Assembly: GCA_902802365.1 (NCBI GenBank)
Contig: CADCLZ010000002.1
Coordinates: 1-50,973 of the forward strand
DNA: 50,973 nt
Direction: 5' to 3'
DNA from: an uncultured Erysipelotrichaceae bacterium
GTDB taxonomy: Bacteria > Bacillota_I > Bacilli_A > RFN20 > CAG-826
The position numbers and the translations under genes were made by a program. Of the stretch, positions 17,905 through 27,261 are shown piece by piece (position 1 is the first letter of the stretch; the number at the start of each line of letters is the position of its first letter). Below the pieces are notes generated by a model. It had not been told where the DNA came from, searched no databases, and saw only the letters and a list, made by a program, of their open reading frames with translations.

Positions 17905-19490
17905 TACGCAACCTCCTTCCCGAAGTGAATGATCTGGTCATCGTTCTCTTCGACGATTCTGCTCCGCGCCCTCCGATAGAGAATCGCGGTTTTGACTTGG
18001 ACATATAGTCCAACGAGCTGCAAAACGATAAGCGGCATCATCGCGACCATCGCGACAAGGCCAAAGCCGTATTGATAGACATGCCCGGTGTTCACGGAGT
18101 CACCGCCGCTAAGCTCGCTATAAGCGAAGCCGATGCAAAAGGGCAAAACGAAGGTCGAAGTCATTGGACCGGAGGCGACGCCGCCGGAGTCAAAAGCCAT
18201 TGCGGTGTAGATCTTCGGAACGACGAAGCTCAAAGCCATCGCGATGATGTAACCCGGGATCAGGTAATACATAAGATCAAACTGGAAATAAGAACGAATG
18301 ACCGACAAAACGACAGCGGCTCCAATGGAAAGCGCGAGAACAACCAAAACCATGTTGCGTTTGATCGCGCCTTCGGAAACCGTTTCAATCTGCTTGGCCA
18401 AAACATGGACGGCAGGTTCGGCGAAAACGCCGAATAAGCCGAAGAGGCCGGCTAGAATCAACGCGGCCGGGAAGAGCTCTTGGTGCCCGCCCAAGGATTC
18501 ACCGACTTTGGAAGCTAAAGGCTTAAAGCCGGCATTGACCGCGGCCAAAAGAGCGACCAAGCCAACATAAGCGTAAATCAAGCCGATGAAGATTCGAGCA
18601 AGCTTCAAGGGCGGGAGGCGAAGGAAGATCAAATCGTAAACCAGGAAGAAGATGGCGATCGGTAAGATGGCAAGGCCAACATCCAAGAGGCAGTCGATGG
18701 CAATAGAACCAAGGTTCGGCCAAAAATCGCTATTGATCGCGGTAAGCATATGGTGGGATTCGAGGATCTCTGGATTGACGAAACGCGCCAAAACCATGAC
18801 CGCGAGGATCGGGCCGATGCTGCAAAGGGCGGTCAAACCGAAGGAATCGTCGCCCGAACGGGCACCTTGTCGGTTGGCGGCGATGCCAACGCCAAAAGCG
18901 AGAATGAACGGAACGGTGACTGGGCCGGTCGTGACGCCACCGGAATCAAAGCAGATCGGAAGTAGCCGCGGATCGACCAAATAAGCCAGCATGAAGACCA
19001 GGCCATAGAAGACGATGAAGAAAATGTTGAGGGGCTTGCGGAAAATGATGCGGAGGACGCCAATCACCAAGAAGAGGCCGACCCCAAGGCCGATGGTCCA
19101 AATGACAAGCGGAGGAGAGATGCCGTCTAATTGGCCGGAAAGAACCGTCAAATCGGGTTCGGCGACCGTGACGAATACGCCGAGGACAAAAGTCATCGCG
19201 ATGACGAGAAACAATTTGCGTTTTTTCAACACCGACCCGCCGACCAATTCGCCGATCTGGGTCATCGATTGATCCGCACCGGCGGTAAATAAGCCAAGCC
19301 CGATGGCGATGAGGACCGCGCAAACGGAGAAAGCGATGAATTCCTGATCGGTTATATAACTTCCTTCGGGCAGCCCCGCGAACACCCAAACACCGAATTT
19401 TTCCAGCAGGTATAGGACTAAAACAACCAAAAAGATCGGCAAAGTCGACAAGAAGGAATCAAGGAATTTCCCGAACCAATACCTAACCAT
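17904..19490 (-). CDS. DUF1538-like polytopic membrane protein with an internal duplication
   Basis: The signature repeats: CFDSGGVTTGPVTVPFILAFGVGIA and AFDSGGVASGPMTSTFVLPFCIGFA, each preceded by AEPD/AEPA segments. About 12-14 TM helices. The family name is recalled from memory and was not searched. Confidence 0.6.
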   Translation of the reverse strand: MVRYWFGKFLDSFLSTLPIFLVVLVLYLLEKFGVWVFAGLPEGSYITDQEFIAFSVCAVLIAIGLGLFTAGADQSMTQIGELVGGSVLKKRKLFLVIAMTFVLGVFVTVAEPDLTVLSGQLDGISPPLVIWTIGLGVGLFLVIGVLRIIFRKPLNIFFIVFYGLVFMLAYLVDPRLLPICFDSGGVTTGPVTVPFILAFGVGIAANRQGARSGDDSFGLTALCSIGPILAVMVLARFVNPEILESHHMLTAINSDFWPNLGSIAIDCLLDVGLAILPIAIFFLVYDLIFLRLPPLKLARIFIGLIYAYVGLVALLAAVNAGFKPLASKVGESLGGHQELFPAALILAGLFGLFGVFAEPAVHVLAKQIETVSEGAIKRNMVLVVLALSIGAAVVLSVIRSYFQFDLMYYLIPGYIIAMALSFVVPKIYTAMAFDSGGVASGPMTSTFVLPFCIGFAYSELSGGDSVNTGHVYQYGFGLVAMVAMMPLIVLQLVGLYVQVKTAILYRRARSRIVEENDDQIIHFGKEVA

Positions 19491-20538
19491 GGTTCACCTG
19501 GCCTTTCTGGCGATAAGGGGCGCGCTTTTGGGCTTTCTTGATTTTGGTGACCGCCTTGGACTCGCGGGCATAGGAATGCGGTTTGCTCACTTGCTTCTCC
19601 ACCGCTTTCGCGCCCTTCCCATAGAACATTTCCTTAAAGGAGGAGGGCATCGGGGCGACGAACTTCATTTGCTTCCCGTTGAGCGGGTTGGTCAGCGCGA
19701 GCTCATAAGCATGAAGGCCAAGCCTCCCTAAAGGGTTGGATGGCTCGCCATATTTGTCATCGCCGATCACATAATGGCCGCGGTGACCGAGCTGGACGCG
19801 GATCTGATTCTTTCTTCCAGAGTCGATATTAACGTCGAGCAACGAATAATCGCCTTTTTCTTCCATGACCTCATACGAGGTGATCGAAAGTTTGCCTTTG
19901 ACTTTGTTCTGGCTGACATAGACCAAGTTCAAGGAGTTCTGCTCTAGATAATCCTTAAACGTCGCCTTCTTCTGCTCCATTTTGCCTTCGACGATCGCGT
20001 AGTAGCCGCGTTTATGGACGATTTCCTGCCAGGCTTTTTGATAAGCTTCCTTGACTTCGAAGCGTTTGGCGAACATCAAAACGCCGGAAGTGTCCTCGTC
20101 CAAGCGGTGGACGACGAAGATCCGGGCTTTAGGATCCTTTTGGCTGACATATTCGGAAACCATTCGATAGGCCGTTTTCCCTTTTTCGCGGTCCGAGGCA
20201 ATCGAAAGCAAGCCTGACGGCTTATTGATGACCAAGATGTCGTCGTCTTCGTAGATGATCGGCAAATCGGCACGGCTTCTTTTCATGATCCGCCTCTTAG
20301 AAACCAAAACCTCATCTTCTGGATAAAGCTTGAAATTGAATTGGGTAATCGGGGCGCCGCCGACGGAAACCTGCTGATTGGCGAGGATCCGCTTTACGGT
20401 GTTCCGCGATTCATTCGGCATCTTCTCCAGTAAAAAAAGCAGAAGCTCCGTCTCCTTCTTCACCTGGAATGTCTTGACCTGGCTTGGGTCGATGAGGCCT
20501 TTTTGCGGCCGATTTCTCTTTTGATCGTTACGATTCAT
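19483..20538 (-). CDS. RluA-family pseudouridine synthase with an N-terminal S4 domain and a basic C-terminal tail
   Basis: Catalytic motif HRLDEDTSGVLMFAK and an S4-like segment NTVKRILANQQVSVGG. Start taken at ATG 20538; the track start 20562 is TTG. Confidence 0.85.
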   Translation of the reverse strand: MNRNDQKRNRPQKGLIDPSQVKTFQVKKETELLLFLLEKMPNESRNTVKRILANQQVSVGGAPITQFNFKLYPEDEVLVSKRRIMKRSRADLPIIYEDDDILVINKPSGLLSIASDREKGKTAYRMVSEYVSQKDPKARIFVVHRLDEDTSGVLMFAKRFEVKEAYQKAWQEIVHKRGYYAIVEGKMEQKKATFKDYLEQNSLNLVYVSQNKVKGKLSITSYEVMEEKGDYSLLDVNIDSGRKNQIRVQLGHRGHYVIGDDKYGEPSNPLGRLGLHAYELALTNPLNGKQMKFVAPMPSSFKEMFYGKGAKAVEKQVSKPHSYARESKAVTKIKKAQKRAPYRQKGQVNHG

Positions 20539-20558
20539 AAAGACTATTGAATGATAAT

Positions 20559-21419
20559 TCAAAAGTCTTCTTTAAGATAGTCGAGAAGTTCCAAAAAGTG
20601 CGTTTTCGCATCTTTTTGACCCAAATCATACAAAGAGTTAAGAGCCTTCTTGCTGCGCGTGGCCACGCTGACGCGGGGCGGACGGGAGGGATAGAGCACG
20701 AAAGCCTGGCCGGTTTCGCCTAAGCGATCGACTTCATCCATGTCGGCATTATAGGTGGCATGCCATTTGCGGAAGGCCTCCACGAATTCGGGGTATTTCT
20801 CGACATAACGTTGCATATAAAGCGGGAGTTTCTCGGAATCGGGGTCTTTTCGATACCCTTTTGGCTGGGTGCAGATGATGACGATCTTCTTAAAACCGTC
20901 TTCCAAGGGTTTGCGGAACGGGATGGCGCAAGCCACGCCGCCATCGCAATAAGGCTCCCCGCCGACCATGACGGGTTTGCGGATCATCGCCGGCAAAGAT
21001 GCCGAGGCGGCAACGCCGTCTAAGAATTCTTCCTGGCTTTTTTCGAAATACGCCGGCTTGCCGCTTTTAAACGAAGTGCAGGCGCAAAAAAGGCGAACCT
21101 GCGCGGAATAAAAGGCATCCCAATTGAACGGAAGTTCTTTTGGAATCTCGTGGAATAGGTACTTGAAATCGAAGAACGTCCCGCGGGTCAGATAGTTGGT
21201 CAAAGATGCAAAGCGGATGCGCTGCATATGGACCATCGTGATCTGCTTGTTCCTTCCTTTGTCGCCCGAAATATAGCCGCAGGCATTCAAAGCGCCGGCA
21301 GAAGTTCCAATGACATACGGGAAAGAAATGCCCTTTTCCATAAAGACGTCCAAAACACCGGAAGTATAGATCGCACGCGTTCCGCCGCCTTGAAGAACAA
21401 GGGCTACATTTTTGTTCAT
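20559..21419 (-). CDS. Patatin-like phospholipase
   Basis: Oxyanion motif LVLQGGGTRAIYTSG, nucleophile GTSAGA, and a late DGG motif (CDGGVACAIP). Start at ATG 21419; the alternative is TTG 21449. Confidence 0.85.
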   Translation of the reverse strand: MNKNVALVLQGGGTRAIYTSGVLDVFMEKGISFPYVIGTSAGALNACGYISGDKGRNKQITMVHMQRIRFASLTNYLTRGTFFDFKYLFHEIPKELPFNWDAFYSAQVRLFCACTSFKSGKPAYFEKSQEEFLDGVAASASLPAMIRKPVMVGGEPYCDGGVACAIPFRKPLEDGFKKIVIICTQPKGYRKDPDSEKLPLYMQRYVEKYPEFVEAFRKWHATYNADMDEVDRLGETGQAFVLYPSRPPRVSVATRSKKALNSLYDLGQKDAKTHFLELLDYLKEDF

Positions 21420-21455
21420 AGAACAATTATAAACGATATCCCCCAACAAGGGCGA

Positions 21456-22058
21456 TTAAATGTAGGATTCAACGACAACCTTGATGGCTAAGCCGAGCAA
21501 AACCAATCCGCCGATGATGTCGGCGATCTCGTATTTGCCGCGGAATAGTTTCTGAATCCACTTGCCGCCGAACAACCCGACGAGGGAAACCAAGAAAGAC
21601 ACCAAGGTGATGATACCGAAGCAAATATAAATCTGATAATCGAGGCCAGCGGCGGCTTCGATTTCCAAGGTAGAACGGATGGCGATACCCACCGCAAAAG
21701 CGTCGATGGAATCCGCAACGCCTTGAAGAAGCACCGAACCAACCGTGAAGTTTTTGGGTTTGCTGGTCTCCGGTTTCACCAAGGCGCGGATGCCGTCGAA
21801 GATCATCTTGCCGCCAATCAAGACCAATAAACCAAACGCCACCCAGTGGTCGATGTCCTTGATGTACTCATAGAAGGTCTCGCCGAGCAAAAAACCAATC
21901 AGCGGGAACAGGCCTTGGAGAACACCGAAGACGCCGGCGATGAAAAACGCCTTCCGTTTATTGAGGTCTTGGAAAGTCAGCCCGTCAGCGATGGAAAGCG
22001 CGAGGCAATCCATCGATAATCCGAGGCCTAAAAGGGATGCGGTTAAGAGCCACCCCAC
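21456..22058 (-). CDS. mntP: Manganese efflux pump MntP
   Basis: A six-TM, 200-aa protein with the duplicated motifs LSMDCLALSIADG and DSIDAFAVGIA. GTG start overlaps the aguB stop by 1 nt. Confidence 0.85.
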   Translation of the reverse strand: MGWLLTASLLGLGLSMDCLALSIADGLTFQDLNKRKAFFIAGVFGVLQGLFPLIGFLLGETFYEYIKDIDHWVAFGLLVLIGGKMIFDGIRALVKPETSKPKNFTVGSVLLQGVADSIDAFAVGIAIRSTLEIEAAAGLDYQIYICFGIITLVSFLVSLVGLFGGKWIQKLFRGKYEIADIIGGLVLLGLAIKVVVESYI

Positions 22059-22924
22059 TATTTATCTTCCCCCGAGAATTTGAGAATATCCCCGTAAAGA
22101 TCCACTCTTCTATCGCGAAATACGCCCCAATCGACGCGTTCTTTGTTGATGGTTTCTAGGTCGAAGGAAGCGAGCAGGATGTCCTCGTCTTCCCTACCAA
22201 GTTCAGCGACTTTTTCGCCATGCTGATCGGCAATGAAGCTGGAGCCAAAGAACTTCATCGAGCTCTTTCCTGCCTTTTCAACGCCGACGCGGTTGGAAGC
22301 CAATAACGGCATGATGTTGGCCGCCGCATGGCCGCGCATCGTATTCTGCCAATGGACCTTGGAGTCCTTCGGGAGGATCGGTTCGGAGCCGATCGCGCTC
22401 GGGTAAAGGAGAATCTCCGCCCCATGGAGGGCCATGATCCTCGCGGCTTCCGGAAACCATTGATCCCAGCAAATCGCGCAACCAACCATCCCGGCCGCGG
22501 TCTTGAAGACCTTGAAGCCGGTATCGCCAGGGCTGAAATAGAATTTCTCTTCGTAGCATTCCCCGGTCGGGATATGGCTCTTCCGATAAATCCCCAGGAT
22601 CGTGCCATCGGCATCGATCATCGCCAGAGAATTGAAGTAAGCCGGACCGCTCTTCTCAAAGAAAGAAAGCGGAAGGACGATATGGTATTTCTTGGCCATT
22701 TCTTGAAAATGGCGGAGGGTTTTGGAATCTTTGGCGTTTTCCGCGAGGGCAAACTTGTCATAGTCTTCGACTTGGCAGAAATAAAGATTCTCGAACAGCT
22801 CCGGCAAAAGCAGCAAAGCGGCGCTCTCCTTGGCGGCTTTCTCGATCATCCGATCGGCTTTTTCGATGTTATCCTCGTAAACGGCGCTCATGGAGAACTG
22901 GGCCAACGCGAATTTTCTTTCCAT
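22058..22924 (-). CDS. aguB: N-carbamoylputrescine amidase (nitrilase-superfamily C-N hydrolase)
   Basis: LLLPELF...YRKSHIP...GCAICWDQWFPEAAR gives the Glu/Lys/Cys catalytic triad context typical of AguB. It lies directly downstream of the agmatine deiminase domain. Confidence 0.85.
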   Translation of the reverse strand: MERKFALAQFSMSAVYEDNIEKADRMIEKAAKESAALLLLPELFENLYFCQVEDYDKFALAENAKDSKTLRHFQEMAKKYHIVLPLSFFEKSGPAYFNSLAMIDADGTILGIYRKSHIPTGECYEEKFYFSPGDTGFKVFKTAAGMVGCAICWDQWFPEAARIMALHGAEILLYPSAIGSEPILPKDSKVHWQNTMRGHAAANIMPLLASNRVGVEKAGKSSMKFFGSSFIADQHGEKVAELGREDEDILLASFDLETINKERVDWGVFRDRRVDLYGDILKFSGEDK

Positions 22925-25530
22925 TATTCTTCCTCCGGGACTTGCATGGTGATGCAGTGGATGTTCCCGCCGCCCAATAGGATCTCGCGGGTATAGATTT
23001 GATGGATCTTCTTCTCAGGGAAGAGGGCTTCCATCTGCTCATAAGCGAGCTTATCTTCCTTCACGCCAAAGGCGGGGAGGATGACGAAGTCCTTTCCTTG
23101 ATAGAAGTTGACGTAACTGGCCGCCAAGCGGCTGCTTTCCTTGCGTTCCTTAGCTTCATAATGGCCTTTATGGATCGTCTTCGATTCTTCTTTGGTCGAA
23201 TAAAGGGCGGGGGAAGGAACAAGGATCTTATGGATTTCAAACGGCCTTCCTTTGGCATCGGTCGTTTTCTTCAACGCCCGATAGGTCGCTTGACAGTATT
23301 TGTATTGGGGGTCGTCTTTGTCTTTCGTCCAGGCCAAGCAGATGACACCCGGCCGCACGAAAGCGACCATATTATCGATGTGCTCATTCGTCTCGTCGAG
23401 ATAGATTCCGTGCGGAACCCAAACGACTTTTTCGACGCCGAGATAGGTTTTTAAGGTTTCCTCAATCTCCTCTTTGCTGAGGGTGGGGTTGCGGCCAGAG
23501 GAGAGCAAGCAGGCTTCGGTGACGATGCAGGTCCCTTCGCCGTCAACGGCGATCGAACCGCCTTCTAAGACGAAGTCCGAAAGCGAATAGGAAACGTATT
23601 TATAACGCTTGGCGAACACCGCGCCGAGGCGGTCGTCGTCTTTGTAGTTGCGGTAAAGGCCGTCCACTTCGCCGCCCCAAGCGTTAAAACGGAAGTCGAC
23701 CGCGCGGACCGTTTTGCCTTTTTTGACGAAAAGGGCCATGTTGTCCCGCGCCCAAGCGTCGTTGTAGCGGATGTTGAGCAGCTCGAGGTTATTTATGCCA
23801 TCGAATAACGGGGCGACTTTCTCGAAAATCGTCGGATGGATGCCGACAATCACCTTTTCGTGCTCGGCGATCGCCTTGATGACTTCGCGGTAAGCGAGTT
23901 GGGCGGGAAGCCCTCCTTCGCGCCAGGTATCTTTGCGATAAGGCATCAGGATCACGGTTTCTTTGTGCTCCGAGCCTTCGAAAGGCATTCGGAAACCATC
24001 GGCCAACGGCACGGTTTTCCGGTTGGTGTAATAGTCTTCTAAACGTTTTTCGTATTTTGAGAAATAACGCCATTTCTCGTTATCGATGACGTTGTAGCCT
24101 TTCGGGTAACTGCGAAGGATGGTGATCCCCGTCGATTCATAACGCTTCACGCGGCGGATCAACTCTTTCGTCCAGACTTCGCCCGGGCAGATCAAAGGGA
24201 TGCCCGGCGGGTAGATCATGACCTGTTCTTTGGAGATCATGCCGTCGCATTCATCGATCGGCACGACTTTTCCCGTTGCGTGGAAGGCAACACGCGGCCG
24301 AACCAGCATATAGGGGAAGGTGGCGTCGAAACGATGCAGAGGATAAACGACGTTTTTGCGGTAATGCTTCTTTGAGATGTCTTTTAAGGCGGCGATCAAA
24401 GCGTCGACGTGCTTTTTCTTGGTCCCGATCGCGAAAATGCAAAGAACCGCGTAGGTTTCCGCTAATTCGAACTGGACGCCATACTCTTTTTTGGCCAGGT
24501 AATAAAGATCAAAGCCGGAGATATCCAGTTTATCGAGCTCAATAACGATGCGGGTTTCGTCATAATCAAACGCGCCGTGTTTCCGGAAGTGATCGCTGTC
24601 GGCGACCCGGAAGCCAGGGATCTTATTGATTCTTTCTTTGGCGCATTGGGCAAGCTGATACGCCTCTTTCTGGGCCTCTTTCCCTTTGGTGACCATGAAT
24701 TCCCTAGCAGCGTCCAAGGAAGCCATCAATAAGCTGGAGGGAGAAGTGGTATTCAAAATATTCAGGGATTTCTGGATCTTATAACGGGAAAACATCTCGG
24801 TATGGGCCAATAAGACCGAGCTTTGGGTCAAAGACCCACCGGTTTTGTGGAAGGAGACCGCGGCCATATCGGCCCCGGCATCCATCGCGGTGATTGGGGT
24901 GCAGCCGGAATGGAAATAGAAATGGGCGCCGTGGGCTTCGTCCACCAAAACGGCCATATGATGCTCGTGGGCGAATTCGACGACTTCCTTCAGATCGGTA
25001 ACCGCGCCAAAGTAAGTCGGATTGATGATCAAGACCGCTTTGGCGGAGGGGGAGCGGAGAATCGCCCGCTTGAAATCGTCCACCGACGGCTGATTCGCGA
25101 TCTCTAGTTGGCCATCGATCTCCGGCATCACGTATTCAGGAACCGCGCCGGAAAGGATCAAGGCGTTAATGACGGATTTATGGACGTTTCTTGGCAAAAT
25201 GATTTTTTCCCCGGCTCGGCAGGCAGTCATGATCATCGCGATGATTCCGCTCGAGGTGCCGTTGACCAAGAAGAACGCTTCGTCCGCGCCGCAGGCTTCG
25301 GCCATCAGCTCTTCGGCTTCGAGGATGACGCCGCGAGGGTTCGCGAGGTTATCCATGCCGATCGGCGCATTGACATCCAAAAGATAGGCTTGGCGCCCGA
25401 TCAATTTGGTGAAATCGTTCTCGATATTGCCCATATGATGTCCTGGGACATCAAAAGGCGAAACGTTTTCGCTCACGTATTTTTTCAACGCTTCGACAAA
25501 GGGGGCTCTAAGCTGATCGTTTTTTTCCAT
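22924..25530 (-). CDS. Bifunctional fusion, 868 aa: Orn/Lys/Arg decarboxylase (arginine decarboxylase type) plus agmatine deiminase
   Basis: The N-terminal ~490 aa has FDVPGHHMG and the PLP-lysine motif VSFHKTGGS. The C-terminal ~360 aa has GFRMPFEGSEHKETVILMPYRKDTW, NDAWARDN, HIDNMV, and ends GGGNIHCITMQ (AguA catalytic Cys). The reading frame is single and uninterrupted. Confidence 0.85.
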   Translation of the reverse strand: MEKNDQLRAPFVEALKKYVSENVSPFDVPGHHMGNIENDFTKLIGRQAYLLDVNAPIGMDNLANPRGVILEAEELMAEACGADEAFFLVNGTSSGIIAMIMTACRAGEKIILPRNVHKSVINALILSGAVPEYVMPEIDGQLEIANQPSVDDFKRAILRSPSAKAVLIINPTYFGAVTDLKEVVEFAHEHHMAVLVDEAHGAHFYFHSGCTPITAMDAGADMAAVSFHKTGGSLTQSSVLLAHTEMFSRYKIQKSLNILNTTSPSSLLMASLDAAREFMVTKGKEAQKEAYQLAQCAKERINKIPGFRVADSDHFRKHGAFDYDETRIVIELDKLDISGFDLYYLAKKEYGVQFELAETYAVLCIFAIGTKKKHVDALIAALKDISKKHYRKNVVYPLHRFDATFPYMLVRPRVAFHATGKVVPIDECDGMISKEQVMIYPPGIPLICPGEVWTKELIRRVKRYESTGITILRSYPKGYNVIDNEKWRYFSKYEKRLEDYYTNRKTVPLADGFRMPFEGSEHKETVILMPYRKDTWREGGLPAQLAYREVIKAIAEHEKVIVGIHPTIFEKVAPLFDGINNLELLNIRYNDAWARDNMALFVKKGKTVRAVDFRFNAWGGEVDGLYRNYKDDDRLGAVFAKRYKYVSYSLSDFVLEGGSIAVDGEGTCIVTEACLLSSGRNPTLSKEEIEETLKTYLGVEKVVWVPHGIYLDETNEHIDNMVAFVRPGVICLAWTKDKDDPQYKYCQATYRALKKTTDAKGRPFEIHKILVPSPALYSTKEESKTIHKGHYEAKERKESSRLAASYVNFYQGKDFVILPAFGVKEDKLAYEQMEALFPEKKIHQIYTREILLGGGNIHCITMQVPEEE

Positions 25531-25576
25531 TGCGGCAAATAGAATACGCTTCTCGTTTTATCACTACAAGGAAGGC

Positions 25577-26479
25577 TTATGCCTTCTTATTGAGAAAATC
25601 GACCATCGCCCCATTCACTTGCCTCGATTCAGGGAGCTCGGCAGCAATGATGTTGTGGACATGGGCGATTTTCTTATCTCTGGTTTCCAGAAAGACTTTT
25701 TCGTATTCGATGCCGAGTTCTTGGCAATCATCCTCGAGAAGAACAACGTTTTCCTTTAGGAAGTCGTTATAGCAGCTTGAGAAGAATAGCGGGATGCTAA
25801 GCGACTTAAGGTTTGCCCTCGGATCAAGATACGGGATAAGCTCTTTGTCGTTCACCGCTTCGCCAAACATCCGGAGGCGTCCGGCTTTGGTGAAGTTGCC
25901 ATTGATCGCTTTTTGGAAATCGTAGACCGGGCAATTGATCAAAACACATTTTGGCTTGGGCAAATTCGCATCCATGCCCCACTTATTTTTCAAATTTTCG
26001 TCGCAGAGGATCTCCGCGAAAAGCAAAGCGAAGTGCCCGCCGGCGGAATCTCCGGTAATCGCCCAAGAATCCCCGGCGATTCCTAACTCTCCTTCGTGGG
26101 CTTTGATGTAATGAAACATCGCGGCCAGGTCTTGGACCTCGGTCTTAATATCCGTTTTCGCTTTCTTTTCGACGTAGCGGTAGTCCCCGCAAATCACATC
26201 GTAGCCTTCTTCGCGGAAAACTTGGGCGAAGGGATAGTTATTCCTCCGCCAGCCATGGAGATAGGCTCCGCCGTGGATGTCGATGAGCAAAACGTTCTTC
26301 CGCTTTTCCGGATCTGCCCGGAACAAGTCAAAGTGCTGCCTTTCCGCAGGGTTCTCAACATAAGGTACATCGAAAGAAAACAAGGGATTATCTGGCTTTT
26401 TGAATGATTTGAGGAACGGACGTTCCGAACGATCCATCAGCATGATCGTAATGCCGAGCATCGGCGAAGATATTTTCAT
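25577..26479 (-). CDS. Alpha/beta hydrolase, HSL-like (family IV) esterase
   Basis: Oxyanion motif DIHGGAY and nucleophile GDSAGG. Confidence 0.75.
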   Translation of the reverse strand: MKISSPMLGITIMLMDRSERPFLKSFKKPDNPLFSFDVPYVENPAERQHFDLFRADPEKRKNVLLIDIHGGAYLHGWRRNNYPFAQVFREEGYDVICGDYRYVEKKAKTDIKTEVQDLAAMFHYIKAHEGELGIAGDSWAITGDSAGGHFALLFAEILCDENLKNKWGMDANLPKPKCVLINCPVYDFQKAINGNFTKAGRLRMFGEAVNDKELIPYLDPRANLKSLSIPLFFSSCYNDFLKENVVLLEDDCQELGIEYEKVFLETRDKKIAHVHNIIAAELPESRQVNGAMVDFLNKKA

Positions 26480-27261
26480 TTCAGCCCTCCAAAATGCTCA
26501 AATGCGAGTTTGATTCCATCTTTATGCGCCGGGGCGGTGACAAAAGTCGCCTTTTTCTGACAAGCGGGGTCGCCATCGCCCATGATCACGAGCTCTTGGC
26601 AATATTCCCCCATGGAAAGATCGGGTTCTGAATCGCCAAAGGCGATTGCCTCCTCTTTTTTAATGCCATAGTAATCAAGGATCGCTTTGCAGCCGAGGCC
26701 CTTGCTCCGATCAAGAGACAGCGCGATATCCGCGCCGAATTCCTGGAAACGGTTCAGGATCAAAGGGGGAACCGCTCGCCGGACGATCTCATCATATTGC
26801 GCGGGGGCGAAAAGCAAAGCGCCGTTCACTCTTTCGCCGCGATATTGACGAACGCGGGGAAGCGGATCGATAAAAACGGAATGATAGGCGCGAACATAGT
26901 CGTTGACCGGCGTTGCCAAATAACGAGAACGCGGGGCCAGAATCTCCAAACCCAAACCGTTTTCCTTGCATACCTGAATGAGTTTTCTAATCAAAGAAGG
27001 CGGGGTGGTCTCATTTTTGAGGATTTTATGATCGGCAACCGCAAAGCCGCCGCAGAAAGCAATATAGCCATCCCAGCTGATGCCTAGGTGGAAGGTGCCG
27101 AAACTGCGAATCAGGTCGAAACAACGCGCGCTTGAGATGAAAACCTTGCCGCCTTGGGCCTGAAAGGCCTTGATCGCATCAAGGGCAGAGGGGACGAAAC
27201 GCATCGTTTTATAGTCGAAGAGCGTATTGTCGATGTCGAAGAAAGCCGCTTTAAACTTCAT
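26476..27261 (-). CDS. HAD-superfamily (Cof-type) phosphatase
   Basis: Motif I FFDIDNTLF and motif IV AFGDSEPD. ATGA overlaps on both sides. Confidence 0.8.
   Translation of the reverse strand: MKFKAAFFDIDNTLFDYKTMRFVPSALDAIKAFQAQGGKVFISSARCFDLIRSFGTFHLGISWDGYIAFCGGFAVADHKILKNETTPPSLIRKLIQVCKENGLGLEILAPRSRYLATPVNDYVRAYHSVFIDPLPRVRQYRGERVNGALLFAPAQYDEIVRRAVPPLILNRFQEFGADIALSLDRSKGLGCKAILDYYGIKKEEAIAFGDSEPDLSMGEYCQELVIMGDGDPACQKKATFVTAPAHKDGIKLAFEHFGGLK

Noticed and set aside
14140-17928. Several 150-240-aa plus-strand ORFs (14140-14790, 14953-15396, 15538-15987, 17209-17928).
   Set aside because: All are antisense to the yfhO-like and PII-like genes. Their repetitive D/E/G/R/I composition is typical of shadow frames.
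22040-22075. I looked for a yybP-ykoY Mn riboswitch ahead of mntP.
   Set aside because: The mntP start overlaps the aguB stop codon, so there is no leader in which a riboswitch could reside.
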